Source: the human T2T-CHM13v2.0 reference genome, Homo sapiens. From it: a DNA stretch of 64,000 bases. The stretch is taken from the NCBI RefSeq assembly GCF_009914755.1, contig NC_060930.1. One strand, written 5' to 3'. The notes beneath the pieces are model-generated. The model searched no databases. It saw only the letters and a program-made list of their open reading frames with translations, and was not told the origin of the DNA. Of the stretch, positions 42,611 through 56,276 are shown piece after piece. The position numbers and the translations under genes were made by a program. Position 1 is the first letter of the stretch. Each line of letters opens with the position of its first letter.

Positions 42611-43656
42611 TTGCAAACACTACTACATTCACAGTAGGCTGACGACTGTTCGTACTCTTAGAGCATTCTGCCAGTATAGTGATGTATCTTCTTCAGGCCC
42701 CAGGTGCCCACATGCTCCAAGTTTAAAGTAACGTGAGAGACCAGAAAAGAAGCCCCAAAACATGTACTCCTTCCCCATTTCCAGGAACGCTCATGTGCAT
42801 GGGACTGTACAGTCATTTAAATGTTCACTTACACATGGAGATGAACAATTTTTGCTATTGTAGCAAAATTTCACAATGCTTTGAAAACAGATTTGTTCTA
42901 AAATGAAAAGCACTAAAGAAATACAAAGAAAAATATTTTTTCCTGTTGAGGACTTAGGTGAGAATGTTTCAAGTCCTGAGTTGTGAGACCAGCTTTGCCT
43001 CTCACTAGCTATCACAGAAGTTTTTCTAGATACAAAGATTTCATCTGAAACACGAAGCGGGTGAACTAACAGATTTTGAAGGCTCCTTTCACAACTAAAA
43101 GTTCATGACCAATTTTCTTCATATAAATACTCACGTATCCACAGCCACTCAAACTACCCTCTCTATTTCCCAGCCCACTGCAGCCACGGCCGTGGCGAGT
43201 ACCCACGCCCAGAGGGGCTCCCAGCCGCTGAGCACTGGGACTTGCTCCAAAATCACATTAAGCTGGCTCTTGTATTTTTAGTTGCCTGCCTCTCTTCTTC
43301 CCCCTGTTAGTACAGATTACCCGGAGTTAACGCTCTAGTTGATTCAGCCAAAAATCACCTGGCAGATGTACAGTGTGGGTGGTTTGCCACACATATAACA
43401 ATAGGACATTAAAACGTCAAACAGCCCTTGAAACTATCAAGATGAGTGGCCTCCACATAAGAAGATCCAGTAGAATTTAGGGAAAATATTGGATCACTTG
43501 TTTCTTTATTTTAACATATTTCTTTTAAACTTCTGTTTCAGGGGTGTGTTTTGTACTGTACATAATATATTAGATCTTTACAGATGCATATTTATAAATT
43601 AGTATACATCCATTAAGCATACATGCTAAATTTTGTTGTTGTTGTTACTTATAGGA

Positions 43657-43963
43657 GTACTGGTCCATGGCCTCTTAGAAACTGGGCCACACGGGTGGGC
43701 GGCGGGTGAGGAAGCAGTACTGCCTGGGCTCTGCCTCCTATCAGATCAGCAGCGGCATTAGATTCTCATAGGAGCGCAAACCCTATTGTGAACTACGCAT
43801 ATGAGGGATCCACATTGCACACTCCTTATGAGAATCTAACTAACGCCTGATGATCTGAGGTGGAACGGTTTCATTCCCTAAATCACCCCCCTCAACCTCC
43901 CCTGTGGAAAAACTCTTCTTCCAGGAAACCCGTCCCTGGTGCCAAAAAGGTTGGGGACTGCTG
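43657..43963 (+). mobile_element. MER1B (hAT-Charlie)
   Basis: cagatcagcagcggcattagattctcataggagcgcaaaccctattgtgaac..ccctggtgccaaaaaggttggggactgctg. Confidence 0.9.
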
Positions 43964-43974
43964 ATTTAAGATGC

Positions 43975-44180
43975 TGGGCCAAGTTCTGTCCACCACCTGT
44001 TTCTGTAAATGAAGTTTTATTGGGACATAGCTAAGCCCATTCATTTACATAGTATCTTTGGCTATTTTGATACTACAATGGCAGAGTTCAGTTGCTGCAT
44101 CAGAGAGGGTATGGCCCACAAATCCTAAAATATTTTCTGTCTGGCCATGTATAGAAAAAATTCACTGACCCTTGATCTAG
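43975..44180 (+). mobile_element. MER58A (hAT-Charlie)
   Basis: gtaaatgaagttttattggg..tacaatggcagagt..tatggcccacaaatcctaaaatattt. Confidence 0.85.
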
Positions 44181-44811
44181 ACTAACCCCATTTTGATGGG
44201 TTGAAGGAATTGAAGCCCAGAGTTGTTGAGTACATTACCAAAGCAGACTGGAGCCAGGGCTCTTCTTCAAAGCATTCTTTAACCAATGCTTTGTACACAC
44301 AATCGCACTGTCATCCTCGTACCTCATGTTCTTTCAGATCTTTTGACTTCCAAACTAAGATACTACTAGACTAAATTTTATTTCACCCACAAATGGCTGC
44401 TTTTACCTGAGCTCACCTCTAGGCCTTCCCCCATCCCTCATTCTCCCAGCTGGGTTGCTGCAGCTTCCATAGTGGGTAGCCTGCCCCTGCCAAAAAGTGC
44501 TGTACATATTACTCATCTGCTGTTTGTACCAAACAGAAGATCACCTGGGTTTCTTCCTTTTTTTCACACACTATAATTACTATGCTGTATTTCTCAAAAC
44601 ACTTAGAAACTCAGCGACCAATAACATGTTAACTTATTTGGAATATCCCACAGAGGTATTAGTACTGGTAACATAATGAAAATCAGTCAATGACTACCTC
44701 TTTGACCATATAAACTTTATATTAGAGTCAATAAGCAGTTGCTGGCACAGGAGGTCTTCCATCATGGGGAACTAATTTGGGACTGAGTTTCATGTTAGAA
44801 TTAGTCAGGGT

Positions 44812-45001
44812 AGCAGTTTCCCAAGTGTTGTCCCATAGCAGCAGCAGCAGAAGCATCCCCTGGGAACTTGTTAGAAATGCAGAGTCTCAGGCCCTACCCC
44901 CAAACTACTGAATCAGAAACTCTGGGGGTGGGCCACAGGTATCTGAGTTTTAACAAGTCCTCCCGTTGATTCTTAGGCTTGCTAAAGCTTAGAAAGTATT
45001 G
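44812..45001. mobile_element. MER5A (hAT-Charlie)
   Basis: cctgggaacttgttagaaatgcaga..ctactgaatcagaaactctgggggtggg..ttttaacaag. Confidence 0.85.
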
Positions 45002-45279
45002 ATGGGAGGGATTGAGCATCACTACTAAGGACCAGGTGCTAGAAGGATAGGACATTTTCTACCACAATCCCTCTTCCCTAAAGTCTCCATTCCTGCCAAC
45101 ATTCATGGCATGTTTCTATTTGCTGGAGCTCCAGGAAGAGATACCACTTCCTTGCCTTCCATGGAGCAGTAAATATAAGAGTGACCTTTGGGCACTGAAT
45201 GGAAAAAGAAATCCCAGCTTGCTCAGTGACCATTGTTCCTTCCCTCAATTATGATCATTTTACACTGCAAAACTCACCG

Positions 45280-46450
45280 CAAACTAATTGTATTTCTAAA
45301 CGTTTATCAAGGACCTACTAGGTACAAAACTCTGTGTATACATGAATCCTGTACATCTATCTCAGCGAATACTGAACCAGTACTACGGAGTATACAATCA
45401 AATGAAGGAGATACATTTTCAGCTTTAAAAAAATCACATGCAGACAAATACTATGAAAATCCAAATCGAGAGCTTTGAAGGAAAGAAACAAGTTGCTACA
45501 CGGATGTGTCATGAAAAAAACTTGACCAAATGGGAGAGCTGGGGATGCTCCCCTAGGGAACTGACATTTCAGCCGATCTGTCTGCAGACAAGATTTTTAA
45601 AAAGGAGAAAGCATTGTCCACTTAGAGAAATAAGCATGTGCAAAAGCCCTGTAGCAGAAGGATAATAATATTTTAAAGAACTGAAAGCAGACCCGTGGAG
45701 CTGAAGCTCAGAATGAGGATGGAATGGCATAAGAGGTGGTAGGGGAAGTAAGATGCACCCACATGAAAGATTTTGTTTATTGTTCCAACAGTGAGATCAC
45801 TCTGGCTGCTGTGTGGGAAACTGGAAGGAAGCTAAAATGAAGTGACCATTGTAGTTTTCCAGGCCAGACATGAAGGTAGGTTAGGTTAGGGGAAGGTGGA
45901 GAGAAGTAAATAGGTTTTGGAAGATACTTAAGCAATAGCAACATAGAAGGTTTGGTGACATGGAGTATGAGAAGGTCAAGGATCATTGCTTAGTGTTTGG
46001 TGTGGGAAACTCGATAACTGCTCACAGATATAGAAAGCAGAGGAGCAGGTAGGGTGAGGTTAAGGTAGGTGTGGGAAATCTGTGAGGCCTGTTTTGAATG
46101 GGCATGTTTGGGGTTCATTTCATATTTACAACTGGAAACTTTCGGTAAGCAATAGCAGAGTTGTTCAGGAGTGTAGAGAGAGATCTGCGCTGGACATACA
46201 AAATTGATAATCATAGGCATATAGATAATAATTGAAGCTATAGGTTCAGATAAAATTACCCATGGAGAATGTATAGAGTGAGAAGAGTGTCTGAGACAAA
46301 CTCTGTGGGAAATACACATCGTCAGATATATGACGGAGATTGTCCTCTCAAAGAAGAATGAAGAGAAAGACTAGAGAGGTTGAGAGAAATCAAAAGAGCA
46401 GGCGTTACAAAAAGCAATTGAAGAAAATGTTGCCAGAAGGAAAACATGTT
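45280..46450 (-). mobile_element. L2 fragment
   Basis: aagcatgtgcaaaagccctg..gatcactctggctgctgtgtgg..agaaggtcaaggat..ggagaatgtatagagtgagaagag. Confidence 0.8.
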
Positions 46451-47129
46451 CAAGATCTCTACTCCCAGTATGGAACTTCAGGAAGTGTTGCCATTTTGTC
46501 TCAGATGTGGCAGTAAACAGGAACCTTGGCAAGGAATATGCTGAAACTAGAAAAATTGTCAGCATTTTTTCAGGGGAAAAAAAAGATTCTGCCCTGTTAA
46601 ACCTTATCACTCAATTTTGGAGATTCCAATCTTTTCTAAGGATTAAAGCAGTCATTAAAGTTCAATCAAACAAAAAGAAATATTTGACTAAACTTGTTTC
46701 TGTATAGTAAGTGACATGCAAAAGGCTCTATCACCCAAGTTTTCTTCCCAAAGGCCGCATTAGGGACTCAGATTTTTGGACAGTATAATGGAAAGCTCCT
46801 TTCTTGGTGCTGGCTAAGACAACAAATACAAATGTCTTGACTCTGAAACCATGCCATAGGAGAATAGCATCAAGCAATGTCAAATACGACTCAGTGAAAG
46901 TAGGAATTGGCACAATAGCTGAGTTACTGCTTTAGATTCACAGAGTTCCTTTTAATAACAGCTTCTAAAACTTCCCACCTGGTCTGTTGAACATTACGTC
47001 ATGTCAAACCTACTCTATACCCAAGGGATTAACACAGACAAGTGTAATGACTTGGCCAAGACAACACAAGTCAGGGAGGTCTTGAGGGCAAAGGCAATCT
47101 GCCAGGGCAAGGCTTATATGTTATTCTTC

Positions 47130-47295
47130 CCATCAATGCAAATAAAAGTTAAAATATGAGCATTCAGGGGTAGTTATTGCCTGAGAAGTGATATGAGGGA
47201 GTGGTACATACACAGAAAGAGTAATTGAGCAGTACACTTAGAATTTGTATACGTCACTGTATATGTGCTATACTTCACCAAAAATAAAATAAACA
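47130..47295 (+). mobile_element. L1ME-like 3' end fragment
   Basis: attgagcagtacacttagaatttgtatac..tgtatatgtgctatacttca plus A tail. Confidence 0.55.
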
Positions 47296-47490
47296 TGAAC
47301 ATAAATACTATTTGATTTCAAAATGTTTACCTGGGTTTCCCTGACTTGAGGCTGTCACCAGTTGTACCAAACCATTAGCTTCATTTTCACTTAATTTTGC
47401 ATGATTATTTTGGCCAGAATAGTGGGTAGTGGGTGTGATTGTCCCTAAAGGCCTGAACCTGTAACATATCTTCTGCATTAGGCTACTAGG

Positions 47491-47640
47491 CACTTAAGAC
47501 ACATCTATCATATTTAGTCATCACTTAAATCCAATGAGGTAGTTTTTATTGTTCTGATTTCACAGATGAGGAAATTGAGATACCAAGAGGCTAAATAACT
47601 TACTATATGTATCTGAGTCCAAAGCCAGTGATCTTTTCAA
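47491..47640 (-). mobile_element. MIR
   Basis: atgaggtagtttttattgttctgatttcacagatgaggaaattgagata..gaggctaaataactt. Confidence 0.7.
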
Positions 47641-48853
47641 TAAATCCAATATGAAATAAAGAAACATTGCCCAGGAAGAAATATGACCAAGTGGCAAGTT
47701 CCGTCAGTAGACAAAGTGAGGACACATGAAAGACTAACCAAGGAGGAAGGCAGAAAAAGGGAAAGGACCCAGACTGTGGGAACAAAGCCTGCGTATGTGT
47801 GGGAAGCTTGGCAAAAGCTGTTATGCAGAGGATATTTTGAAAAAGTAAAACATGTAGAAAGAAGACACAAATAGATAATTTTAACTGTTTAAAGAAGATT
47901 ACATCAGTCTAACATTTAGCCACTTTTGAACCTAAAGAGGACAGTCAAAATGGAAACATATTTTATTTCTAGACAAATTTTCTCCAGCTGTTTTAACAAA
48001 TTTTCTCCAACTGTTTTAACAAATTATTACACAATTATTTTCAAATGAGACTGTCACATCATTAATTTGGCTTTTTGGTCACCTTTTCTAAATGTTTTCC
48101 TTGGGTCTGGTCACTTGCTGAACTCTCATTAGTTGTGATAAATGATTATCTTTCAATTTTTAGGCATACCATCATATAATCCACAAAAAAGGATAATTCC
48201 ACTCTTTCTTTTCAATTTGTATGCCTCTTATTTATATTTCTTGGCTTATTGCATTGGCTGGACTTTCTAGTTCAGTATTGACTAGTAACAGTAATAAGAG
48301 ATACTCTTTTCTCTAATGGAAATGTTTCTAACTTTACATTTGTATTCTCCTTTCCTATATTTCAAAGTCTCTCTTATGTTCTACCTTTCTTTGCTTTTAC
48401 TGTGCTTACATCTATCTTGCAGAAAAAATATTGAAAAAATGGTGAACTAAGTTTCTGGTCCTTCTCCTTTAGACATGGGAAATGAAGGCTTCCAGCCTCC
48501 CAGCTGGGGTCTTGAAGCACCTGAATCCAGGGAATCCCCAGAGCCCAGGGGAGGGAGAAGGTGAACATAAGCATGTACCCATCACCACCCATGTAGAAGA
48601 GGCAAACGCTCACCTTGTAAAGAGTGGAGAAGCCAGGGTGGGAGTCTAGGAGAGCCTGTGTGCCACATGGTCCATGTATCAAGGGGCCAGCACCAGTCTC
48701 TGGTTTCAGATACAGGATATGGGCACTGATTTGTCTGTTCATTACCATGTGCAGAGGTCACTGGGCATTTTCATGTGAACTAGAGTTTGTCATCTATTTG
48801 GATTCGTGGACTAACAGAGACCTGATTCTAAAGAGATGTTTCCTGCCTTATGA

Positions 48854-49206
<353 letters not shown>

Positions 49207-49209
49207 TAA

Positions 49210-50224
49210 GGTTGGTTATTAATACTAAATAACATTTTTGCCCCACAGCATCAACATCACTACCCTAAGGATTTGAAAAATCAGAAGCATCTCCCTCACT
49301 GAGGCAGGAAGTCTTCAATCACCTCTGAATTCTGACCTCCCATCCATTAACATCTCTCCTTTGGCAGAATATGGAGACCAACAGAAATGCTTCAGACTAC
49401 ATAAGAATCACAGTCTCCTGACACATTGAAAAACTACAGAACATGAAAAAAAATTCTTTTACAACTTTTATCAGTTGCTACTTAGTAATATATTTAAAAT
49501 ATTCAAAATATGTGTAAATGAGGAAATTGGGCATAAGTATGATGTAATTTAAATATATATATACATATATGTGTGTATATATATGTATATACATATATGT
49601 GTGTATATATATGTATATACATATATGTGTGTATATATATGTATATACATATATGTGTGTATATATATGTATATACATATATGTGTGTATATATATGTAT
49701 ATACATATATGTGTGTATATATGTATATACATATATGTGTGTATATATATGTATATACATATATGTGTGTATATATATGTATATACATATATGTGTGTAT
49801 ATATATGTATATACATATATGTGTGTATATATATGTATATACATATATGTGTGTATATATATGTATATACATATATGTGTGTATATATATGTATATACAT
49901 ATATGTGTGTATATATATGTATATACATATATGTGTGTATATATATGTATATACATATATGTGTGTATATATGTATATACATATATGTGTGTATATATAT
50001 GTATATACATATATGTGTGTATATATATGTATATACATATATGTGTGTATATATATGTATATACATATATGTGTGTATATATGTATATACATATATGTGT
50101 GTATATATATGTATATACATATATGTGTGTATATATATGTATATACATATATGTGTGTGTGTATATATGTATATACATATATGTGTGTGTATATATGTAT
50201 ATACATATATATGTGTGTGTATAT

Positions 50225-50260
<36 letters not shown>

Positions 50261-50930
50261 GGTTTTCTTGATTTGGCTGAGATCCTTGGCACATGCAGAG
50301 CAACTATAACATCTAAGAAGTTATAGATTTAAGTAACCCCAAGCAGAATCTGATTGCCAGCTACCCCAGGTTCTCCTGAGAAAGTTGTGCCACTGATGAA
50401 TCAGACATCACAGATATACATATACCAATATGTATATATATACCAATATCTTTTTTAAAAATCAAAGAGGTTCCTTGTCTGAAAATCACTATTGCATGGG
50501 ATGGCTGTGATGATCCCATTGAGGGACAATGTACATCAGAAGACAGTTCTCCTAATCCACACTCCAGCTCTTCCAGTTCTAGGGAGATCTGCCTACCTTT
50601 TTCCTTCCTCAACATCTAGACCAGAAAAGGTAGCCAGATTTAGAGAAGGAAATCAGAGGTGGGTACTTTAGTGTTTGACATCTTAGATTGAGAAAGGAAG
50701 AAAAGGGGAAGAGAAATCAAGCTATGCCTCCGAGACTAAGAACACAAGAATAATAAAAAGAACAAATAAAGCATTTGATACAGAAAGAAAAAAAATCATC
50801 TATGGAGACCAATGCTATCAGCTTCTTTAAATTACTGAGTGGAGAGTGAGAGGTGGTTGTCCCCTAAGCAAGTGGTGAAGTGAAGATACAAACATAGTGG
50901 GGATTCCTGAAGAGTCATTCTCTAAGACAA
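49210..50930 (-). pseudogene. RNF213-like remnant (end of N-arm to AAA1), split by TA-rich minisatellite
   Basis: LELEELECGLGEL~LDLETLGHCLAHL (~50580); [11 protein letters not shown]~YSLLFADQLSY, KEFFFMFC~EELFHNLC and SEVIEDFL~LEAIQAYL (49550-49300); SDVDAVG(K)~SERAGVGK (~49250). Confidence 0.6.
49553..50258. repeat. 28-bp TA-rich minisatellite (ACATATATGTGTGTATATATATGTATAT)n, ~24 copies, ending in (TA)n
   Basis: Direct reading; occasional 26-bp variants; source of the six spurious 228-266 aa ORFs. Confidence 0.97.
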
Positions 50931-51129
50931 GACTTGGCCCCTGATGGCTTCTTACTAGCAGTATTTTCTTTTTGAGTCATGACTTTGCTTTTATAGAAAT
51001 AGTCACAGACAAAATATTTTAAAAGATAACCATTTGAAGAAGAACAAAAACTTCCCTTTATCCACTCTATCTTCTCATCTTAGGGAACTTCTAAAAGTTA
51101 AAGCTTCAGCAAGTTGGACTTTTTTCTCC

Positions 51130-51575
51130 CTTTTTTTTTAATTGAGCTAAAATATACACAGAGAAAAGTACACATTTCATAATGTACAACGGGAAAAATT
51201 GTTGAAAATTAACACCCTCTGGTAACTAGCACCCAGTTTAAGAAACAATGTCACCAGCATCCCTCTTGCCCCTTTCCAGTAAATAATTCAAAGGCACCCA
51301 TTATTTTGACCTCTACCAGCATTATCTGATTTTGTCCTTCAAAAACAATTGGATTATACCGTGTGTACTGTTTTATCTGACTTGTTTGTCTGATGCACTC
51401 ACATTTTCATGTGTGGTTATAGGTCATTCATCTTTATTGCTATGTTGCATTCTAATATATGCATATATCATATTTTAATTGCTCAAATTTATTGTTTGTG
51501 GACATTTGTGTCATTTCTAGTTTTGGCTCTTACAAATAGTGCTGCTGTAAACACTCTAGCACATGTCATTCAGGG
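51130..51575 (-). mobile_element. L1ME-like 3' fragment
   Basis: ttttaattgagctaaaatatacacagagaaaagtacaca..tacaaatagtgctgctgtaaacact. Confidence 0.65.
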
Positions 51576-51819
51576 TCCATTTTATTCCAGCCTTTAAAAT
51601 TAAGGAGCATACCATTGGTGAAAAGGAGAAAAATATTGTATTAGAATTGATGGATACTTAAATGATGGATACTTAAAATCGCAGCCTTATGATTGCATGT
51701 TTGAATATCATTATGAAAATATGTTTCTGAAATTAAACTCTAAAAACTATAATAATATAATGATAAAATAAGAATCCTACTGAAAAGGAAAAGTTAACAT
51801 CTACTTTTAAAACAGCAAG

Positions 51820-51968
51820 TACAAAAGGATAAATGTTTGAGGTGATGGATACCTCATTCTCCATGATGGGATTATTACGCATAACATGCCTGTTTCAAAA
51901 TATCTCATATACCCCATAAATATATATACCTACTATGTATCCAGAACAATTAAAAATAAAAATTTTTT
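51820..51968 (+). mobile_element. L1MA 3' terminal fragment
   Basis: aaaggataaatgtttgaggtgatggatacc..accccataaatatatatacctactatgta. Confidence 0.8.
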
Positions 51969-52277
51969 AAGTAAAATACTTTTTCTTTAAAAATAAAATC
52001 AAAATGACAAGTGCATGTGCCAAAGTAATACAAAGAAGCTAACAGTACAGGTCTTTTTCTTTTTTTAACTTCACATACTTATTTATTTCCATTAAGAAAT
52101 AGAACTACCCAGAACAATTAAAAATAATTTTTTAAATGAATAAAATACTTTTTCTTTAAAAAATAAAAATAAAATAACAAGTGCATGTGCCAAAGTAATA
52201 CAAAGAAGCTAATAGCACAGGTCTTTTTCCTTTTTAACTTCACATACTTATTTATTTCCATTAAGAAATAGAACTAC
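51941..52277 (+). repeat. 168/169-bp tandem duplication abutting the L1PA 5' junction
   Basis: 51941-52108 and 52109-52277, each ending aagaaatagaactac. Confidence 0.92.
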
Positions 52278-54415
52278 CAAACCCACAGCCAATACCATAC
52301 TGAATGGGCAAAAGCTGGAAGCATTCCCTTTGAAAACTGCCACAAGAAGAGGATGCCCTCTCTCACCATTCCTATTCAACATAGTATTGGAAGTTCTGGC
52401 CATGGCAATCAGGCAAGAGAAAGAAATAAAGGGTATTCAAACAGGAAGAGAGGAAGTCAAATTGTCTCTCTTTGCAGGTAACATGATTGTATATTTAGAA
52501 AACCCAATTGTCTCAGCCCAAAATCTCCTTAAGCTGATAAGCAACTTCAGCAAAGTCTCAGGATACAAAATCAATGTGCAAAAATCAAAAGCATTCCTGT
52601 ACACCAATAATAGACAAACAGAAAACCAAATCATGAGTGAACTTCCATTCACAATTGCTACAAAGAGAGTAAAATACCTAGGTATACAACTTACAAGGGA
52701 TGTGAAGGACCTCTTCAAGGAGAACTACAAACCACTGCTCAAGGAAATAAGAGAGGACACAAACAAATGGGAAAACATTCCATGCTCATGGATAGGAAGA
52801 ATCAATATCGAGAAAATGGCCATACGGCCCAAAGTAATTTATAGATTCAATGCTATCCCCATCAAGCTACCATTGACTTTCTTCACAGACTTAGGAAAAA
52901 CTACTTTAAATTTCATATGAAACCAAAAAAGAGCCCATATAGCTAAGACAATCTTAAGCAAAAAGAACAAAACTGGAGGCATCATGCTACCTGACTTCAA
53001 ACTATATTACAAGGCTACAGTAACCAAAACAGCATGGTACTGGCACCAAAACAGATATATAGACCAATGGAACAGAACAGAGGCCTCAGAAATAACACCA
53101 CACATCTACAACCATCTGATCTTTGACAAACCTGACAAAAACAAGCAATGGGGAAAGGATTCCACATTTAATAAATGGTGCTGGGAAAACTGGCTAGCCA
53201 TATGCAGAAAACTGAAACTAGACCCCTTCCTTACACCTTATACAAAAATTAACTCAAGATGGATTAAAGACTTAATTAAATGTAAGACCTAAAACCGTAA
53301 AAACCCTAGAAGAAAACCTAGGCAATACCATTCAGGACACAGGCATGGGCAAAGACTTCATGACTAAAACACCAAAAGCAATGGCAACAGAAGCCAAAAT
53401 TGACAAATGGGATCTAATTAAACTAAAGAGCTTCTGCACAGCAAAACAAACTATCATCAGAGTGAACAGGCAACCTAAAGAATGGGCAAAAATTGTTGCA
53501 ATTTTCTAATTGCAAAGGGCTAATATCCAGAATCTATGAGGAACATAAGCAAATTTACAAGAAAAAAACAACCCCATCAAAAAGTGGGCAAAGGATATGA
53601 ACAGACACTTCTCAAAAGATGACATTTATGCAGCCAAAAAACACATGAAAAAATCTCATCATCGCTGGTCATTAGAGAAATGCAAATCAAAACCACAATA
53701 AGATACCATCTCATGCCAGTTAGAATGGTGAACATTAAAAAGTCAGGAAACAACAGATGATGGAGAGAATGTGGAGAAATAAGAACGCTTTTACACTGTT
53801 GGTGCAAGTGTAAATGAGTTCAACCATTGTGGAAGACAGTGTGGCAATTCCTCAAGGATCTAGAACCAGAAATACCATTTGACCCAGCAATCCCATTACT
53901 GGTTATATACCCAAAGGATTATAAATCATTCTACTATAAAGACAACATGCACACGTATGTTTATTGCAGCACTATTCACAATAGCAAAGACTTGGAACCA
54001 ACCCAACTGCCCATCAATGATAGACTGGATAAAGAAAATGTGGCACATATATACCGTGGAATACTAAGCAGCCATAAAAAAGGATGAGTTCATGTCCTTT
54101 GCAGGGACATGGATGAAGCTGGAAACCATCATTCTCAGCAAATTAACACAGGAACAGAAAACCAAACACCGCATATTCTCACTTATAAGTGGGAGTCGAA
54201 CAATAAGAAGACTTGGACACCGGGAAGGGAACATCACACACTAGGGCCTGTTGTGGGGTGGGGAGGCTAGGGGAGGGATAGCATTAGGAGAAATACCTAA
54301 TGTAGATGATGGGTTGATGGGTGCAGCAAACCACCAGGTCATGTGTATACCTATGTAACAAACCTGCACGTTTTGCACACGTATCCCAGAATTTAAAGTA
54401 TAATAAAAAAGAAAA
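52278..54415 (+). mobile_element. 5'-truncated L1PA (PA7/8-like): ORF2 RT to C-terminus, 3'UTR and polyA
   Basis: ORFs 52330-52920 ([17 protein letters not shown]; FADD mutated to FAGN) and 52984-53292 match L1 ORF2; TSD aaatagaactac (52266-52277/54416-54427). Confidence 0.97.
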
Positions 54416-54945
54416 AAATAGAACTACTTATATGATTCAGCAATTTTATTACTGGATATATACCCAAAGGAAATGAAATCTGTAAGTCAAAGAGATAGCT
54501 GCACTCCCATGTTCACTGTAGCACTATGTATGGAATCAACCAATGAGTCCATCAATAGATGAATGGATAATGAAAATATGGTATATTTACAAAATGGAAT
54601 ACTATTCAGCCTCAAAAGAGAAGGAAATTTTGTCATTTGCAAAAACACGTATGAACTTGGAGGATATTAGTTCAAGTGAAATAAGCCAGGCACAGGAAGA
54701 CAAATACCACAGCATCTCACTTACGTGTGGAATCTAAAAATGTTGGATTCAGACACAAAGAGGAGAATGGTGATTAGTAGGAGCTAGCAGAAAGGGGAGG
54801 GGATTGGGGAGATGTCAGTGAAAAGATACAAAATTTCAGTTAGGAGGAATAAGTTCAAGAGATCCATTGTATAATATGGTGACTATAGTTAATAAAAATA
54901 TATACTTGAAAGTTGCTGAGTAGATTTTAAGCATTTTCACAGCAG
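54416..54945 (+). mobile_element. L1MA/L1MB 3' fragment (target of the L1PA insertion)
   Basis: tagaactac..atatatacccaaaggaaatgaaatc..gtgaaataagccaggcacag..ggaggaataagttcaagagatc. Confidence 0.85.
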
Positions 54946-55225
54946 GCCAAATTTTTATGAGACTCTTAAACGTGCATATTATGGCCAGTGGAGCTTAGCT
55001 CTTCACGAATGTGAGGTGCTATCATTAGGAATAAATTTTTGTTTATAAATCCCCTTACCTTTGTTCCCCAAAACACTCATTTACTCCCACCAGGAAGAAG
55101 CACTCAAACCACAACCAAGTATGATATTCAGAAGTTTTACTAGCTGAAGAAAGTCAATCAGTCCAAGAAATGTGTATGACATCTTACTTCTGTCTTCTCC
55201 TGGGTTCAGTTCCTTAACTTGCTAA

Positions 55226-55905
<680 letters not shown>

Positions 55906-56039
55906 ACTGCATAAAGTCTGGCTGTTCCCATCCTACAGTCTGAGAGCTTCATATGTCATAATGTACTCAGTATAATTCAAATGCAATATCATTAAAAAGG
56001 ACAAAAGCAAACATTTATATTGGATTTTGTGGGACAAAC

Positions 56040-56276
56040 CTTATTCGAAATGTTCCACCATGTTGTCCATACGTAATATTCTAATGGATGGGCGTTGTCC
56101 ATATGTAATATTCTAATGGTTCGGTAACACCAATACTTTAAACTTTCAAGCAACATCTCCAAATTTCCTCTTGCATCTAGAAGAGACAAAAATTCTTGTT
56201 CAGAGAACACATGCCTTGATTTGGGGCTAAGAAACATGCTGACTGAGCCTTGGTGCTCCTTACACTTAGATTTAAC
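56040..56276 (-). pseudogene. RNF213-like exon remnant with internal 26-bp duplication
   Basis: Acceptor cttttaccttcAG, donor AAG|gtttgt; VFSEQEFLSLLDARGNLEMLL~ALSLRKEFICWVREALGGINEL; repeat 56062-56087/56094-56119 shifts the frame. Confidence 0.55.

Larger units (their letters stand above)
46470..48110 (-). pseudogene. RNF213-like AAA1/AAA2 remnants interrupted by MIR and L1M
   Basis: CFHFDCPL*VQ~LFHLDVTSSVQ (47955-47926); ICVFFLHVLLFQNIL~IWVFLFKLLILQYLM; FPFFCLPP~FPKVTCRPP; SSLMQKICYR~SETFQRPYQY; WHGFRVKTFV~LRGFKKFVV; LRKDW~LRKRW (46640-46626). Confidence 0.7.

Noticed and set aside
49478-50326. Six ORFs of 228-266 aa (YIYTH/CVYI repeats)
   Set aside because: Artefacts of a stop-free TA-rich minisatellite
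52330-54087. Reverse-transcriptase-like ORFs
   Set aside because: Broken ORF2 of a truncated L1PA with a mutated catalytic motif; not a host gene or novel RT system
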